Below, one piece after another: positions 60,141 through 64,000 of a stretch of 64,000 nucleotides of DNA (positions within the stretch are counted from its first letter, which is position 1; each line of letters opens with the position of its first letter). The position numbers and the translations under genes were made by a program. The stretch comes from Vitrella brassicaformis CCMP3155. Taxonomy: Eukaryota; Protista; Chromerida. The notes beneath the pieces were generated by a model. It saw only the letters and a program-made list of their open reading frames with translations. It was not told the origin of the DNA and searched no databases. Where the stretch lies: assembly GCA_001179505.1 (NCBI GenBank), contig CDMY01000356.1, positions 1 to 64,000 on the forward strand, written 5' to 3'.

Positions 60141-63100
60141 TCAGCGACGCATCAACTGTGTTGTGCTCGCCGACACACACATCCCTCTCCCTCCTGGGCC
60201 ATACTCGCCTGACGCCCGCCTGCCGGGCGGCGGATGCATGCCAACGCCAAATGGAGGCCGCATAGGGTAGCTCGTGGCCGGCATCACCGGCGTTGCGAAG
60301 CTAGCCACGGTCGGGAGCGCCTTCAGGGACGCAGACGGGGCCAATCCTGGCATCGGGCGGACTGGCACGCCCATGGACAGACGTGAGGCTGCCGGAGGGG
60401 GTGGAGACGTCCCTACACCAATGCTGAGTGGGCGGCTGCTGGTCGCGCGTGAGGGCCACCGCGGTGGCTGCGGGGAGGAGAACGCCATTCGATCCCGCAT
60501 CCCTGGGGCAAGGGAGAGGCCGAGAGGTGGGGCGCCCCAGGCAAGAATGGGCCGAGCGGGAGGGGCAGTGGCTGCCGAGGACGATGGCTTGGCTCCCTCG
60601 TCGATCTCCGTCACCTCCAACGCCTCTGTCGACGGTGCCGGTGCTGCAGGTCCACGGCTGGCCACCGTGGCCTTCACGTGCTGGTGTCTCGAGAAGCCCC
60701 GCTGCACCTTAGCGCCTTCACGGGGTACGATGGCCGTCGTCTTGCCGAGGCCCCCGCCCTCTGCAAATGGACTCCTGGTGGCGAGTTTCTTGCTGGCTGC
60801 CCTGTCCATCCCCGCCTTCTTGCTGTGGGTGTCCGACACACGGCCGATCTTGCCCACCCCTACTGGCTTGGTCGGCTGCTGCTGCTGCTGCTGGGCCACA
60901 ACACGCGAGAGGTTGAGCCGAGGCACCGCGATGCGCTTGCCGCCGACAGGCATCGTGTCTCCGCCCCCCTTGTTGGTGTCGGTCGTGCCTTTGGAGTGGT
61001 CGGCAGGTGGGTGTGGGTGGAAGGAGGGTGCATGGACGGGAGGGGGTGCCGGAAGGGAGTCGCCTGGGTAGTCGTTGTACAGCTGCAGCGACGTGTGGGG
61101 TCGGTGTGGGACCTGCGGATGGGCAGGGGACTGCAGCAAATTGGCGCGCGACTGGCATCGACGGAGACCGTGGTGGGCGGGCTGGATTCCGCCATCTGCA
61201 ACCGACACAGAGAGATACATGCGATGGATCAGATCTGATCCATCCCTTCCTCTCACTCACTCACTCCCTCCCTCACCATGGCGCCCACCCAATCCCTGCT
61301 GCTGCATCAACTCGATCCCCAGAGAAGGCACCGATGCCGACACCTCCAGCCCCGCCCTCTTCGACGGCTCCACCACCGCAGCAGCAGCACGGTACGCCGC
61401 AAACGCAAACGAAGGCGACTGTTGCTGCTGCTTCTTCTTCTCTATTTCTTTGATGTCGTCCCACCCATCGGCCGAGTATGTCAGCGAGTCGTTGACGCTC
61501 ACACCGGCATGTGCCATGCCCGCCAGTGCCCGGGGAAGCGTGAAGGACGACTGCACAGAGGACAGATCGAACGAGACGAGCTGTTCCTCTGGGGCGGCCC
61601 CCGGGGGCGACCGCTGGAAGGGCTGGGGCGACTCAAAGGGGAGCTGGCGTGATGGCTCGTCCAGCTGGGGGTGGTCGATCCGCCGGGCTGTGTCCAGGTT
61701 GGTGTTCTCGTCGTCGAACTTGGTGTGGAGCTCTGAGGGATCCTCCGTGCACTCGCCGCCCCTTTCGCCCTCGATGTAGAGCGGGCTGTCGGAGGCGGCA
61801 TCCTGCTGAGCACGATCCATGTGCACGGGGGCCAAATCCAGCCTGAGGGAGTGAGACACAAGAATAGCGAGAGAGGGTCGCACACGCATAGTCCATCCTT
61901 ACTTTGGGACCGTTATGCTCCGGATGCGTCCTGCTGCTTCAGACTCCTCCCGTTGCCCCTCCTCTGCCCCCGCTGCCTCGTCAGTATCGTCACGCGCCTT
62001 CCCGACAGGCACGGCGTCACGTGCCTGAGTGTCCAGGGGAAAAGTCGAGCTGAAGCGACTCGGGCTCTCCTCAGCTGCCGGTGGGGCCCACTGAATGGAT
62101 TGAATGGACTCGGCTGCTGGGGGGCGGAGGTCCTGCATGGGGCTGTGGGAGGGTGGCGGGGTAACTGCGGGGTGACTCTCGATGTTTTGTTTGAAGTGGC
62201 GTGTGATGCGCTCCATGGTGCGGAGATTCTGCGCCCACGACTCGGCGAGGGAGGAGAAGGAGGCGGGGCACTCCTTGGCTATGTCGGTGATGTACTGCTG
62301 CACCACTTGGTCCAGGATCTGCAACTACACAGTCGCAGACACAACGAGCACGTATAGTATGTGTGATTGACGATGGGAGAGACGGCCGGTACCATACCTT
62401 GGTGTCGCCATCGTGGTCCCCCTCGCCACCCTCCAGACGACCAACGCTCACACGAGGCATCATCCCGCCCCCACTGCTAAGCCGCGACCTCTCCTTCTCC
62501 CTCTCCCCCGCCCCCTCTCGCACCCTCTTGCCCACTTGTGACCCAACACGCTTGCCAACACCCTCTGTACTTCGTCTCGCCGCCTCTGGCCCTTCTCCCC
62601 CCAAAGCCGCCGCCTTCGGTCGCCGCACTGGCCGCATGCCAGCCTGTGACGGCGCTGCTGTGCTGCTCGTCAGGCCGCTCGCATGCGAAGGCGATCGCGT
62701 GAGGTGCTTCTTGGCCTCCTTCGGCTTGTTCGTCCGGGGAAGGTCTTGCTGCCTGTCCTTCCTCTTGTCGATGAGCGACAGCTGTGCCAAGCTGGCCTGA
62801 CGACTGAGGCCAGCACCGCCCTTGAGGAATGCCGCCACGGACGAGTGCGCCTCGGACAGCCGTGCGGCCTTGGTGCCGTGGGTCAGCCGATGCGCGGCGA
62901 TCTCCTTCGCGAGCAGACAGCACTGAAAGAGAGAGGGGGATGGCTCGGGGTGGGCGGGGATGCAGAGGAAGACCACACAGGGCCCTGCGTGTCCTGTGAG
63001 GGGGGCTCGGAGTAGGTCCAGCAGAGGGTGCGATGGCCTCGCGTGTTTGCGGGCATCCAGCAATGAGATGACGGCCTCAATGGAGGGAGAAGGGGCAGCA

Positions 63101-63993
63101 GCGTCCACCGACGAGCTGTCATCGGGCGGCGCCGCAATCTCGACAAACGTGAAATGGAACTCTGTCGACATTTCATTTCATCTCCCCTTGTTGCCTGCCT
63201 GTCTCTCTGCTCGCTGTTTACCTCTACTCTGATGTACGATGGTGGCCTGGGTGCGAGGAGGCTTGATGACGACCCTATAGCAGGTGTGAGTGGCGGCCGG
63301 GGCTGCCTGTCGCATGCCCGCCGTGTACACGTCGAAGAGGTTCTGCATGTCGCCGCGCCAGTCGTGCCACGCAGCGGCCTCCGTATCCGATGAATCCGCC
63401 TGACACATACGTAGCGTAGATGTTGATGCATTCAGATGTAGGTGTATGTATGCTTTCTCTTCTTGATCTGACGTACTTACCCGATACTCAATGAACTGAG
63501 CCTTTGCCCGGGCCCCCTGCATGCCGTCCTCCTTGACGGCATCCTGCAGCTTCTGCAGACACCGCGGCACCGCCCCAAACTCCTTTGGCGCGATAGTGGC
63601 CCTCTCACCCTCACGCAAGAACCCGCCGCCCAGCGTGTAAGACTTGCCGCCGGCCTGCGGCCCAATCGCCACCACAGTCAAGCCCGTCCCATCCCTCACT
63701 GCTCGTCGCACCCTCGCCGCTGTCCTGTGAGCCACGGCCTCCTGCGTCTCGCAAACACCGTCACAGTCAATGGAATAAGCCGCCTTGCCGTCGCTGATGA
63801 CCGTCAGGCGCTGCCGGGCTTGGTCAGGGTGGACGCCCGGGCCATTATCGTGATGATGGTCGTCCTCATGATGGACCCGGGGAGGTGACGGGCGGACTCT
63901 CAGGAACATTTGCAGTGAGGGCGAGGGCCGGCTTCCAGGAAACCGGGTGTTGGGCGGTGTCCGGGGATTAACCGCTTGCCGAACCATAGCCAT
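60141..63993 (-). CDS. Highly divergent kinesin-like protein with a long disordered tail
   Basis: MFLRVRP at the motor start, Y.IDCD..ETQEAV, the P-loop VVAIGPQAGGKSYTLGG, GAVPRCL, FTFVEIAAP, LLDLLRAPLTG..CVVFLCI. GT-AG spliced exons continue to ...TTQLMRR*. Confidence 0.72.
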
Positions 63994-64000
63994 CTCGACC

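Noticed and set aside
61899-62324. Separate TFIIA-large-subunit-like gene (ILDQVVQQYITDIAKE...SWAQNL)
   Set aside because: The resemblance is weak, there is no TFIIA C-terminal beta domain, and the segment has a splice acceptor joining it to the upstream kinesin-like exons.

Overview
This is eukaryotic, GC-rich, intron-dense nuclear DNA. The introns are packed with GT/GATG/GTCT/GAGT microsatellites, plastid-type bipartite leaders are present, and one gene belongs to a lineage-expanded family. Together these point to a chromerid alveolate, most like Vitrella brassicaformis (inference, not a database match). I reconstructed about 20 mostly spliced genes by hand: an edge-truncated Cys-motif/coiled-coil ORF, a membrane RING protein, an alkyl sulfatase, an MFS sugar porter, a small secreted protein, a multicopper oxidase, a coiled-coil/TSP1/vWA adhesin, a UVR/DUF3506 (EXECUTER-like) protein, a PP2C, a family pseudogene, a plastid class I aldolase, an F-box/LRR protein, a secreted Cys/Pro-rich protein, a cathepsin H-like protease, an SDR, a BT1 transporter, a putative dead macrodomain protein, a vezatin-like protein, a PUB+CAP fusion, TrmO and a degenerate kinesin. 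There are two 300-N assembly gaps. I see no rRNA, tRNA, CRISPR or clear transposase/RT. Three observations stand out. (1) The octamer TGCGAGCT recurs in the short microsatellite-free spacers of head-to-head gene pairs and is a candidate bidirectional promoter element. (2) A secreted-protein gene has a spliced frame that continues through an in-frame UAG-CAG into two further Cys-rich exons, a candidate for readthrough. (3) An ORF absent from the supplied track carries a duplicated CxSCGxFCHGRC motif conserved through synonymous changes. Exon boundaries are manual and approximate, and family calls come from motif recognition without any search.
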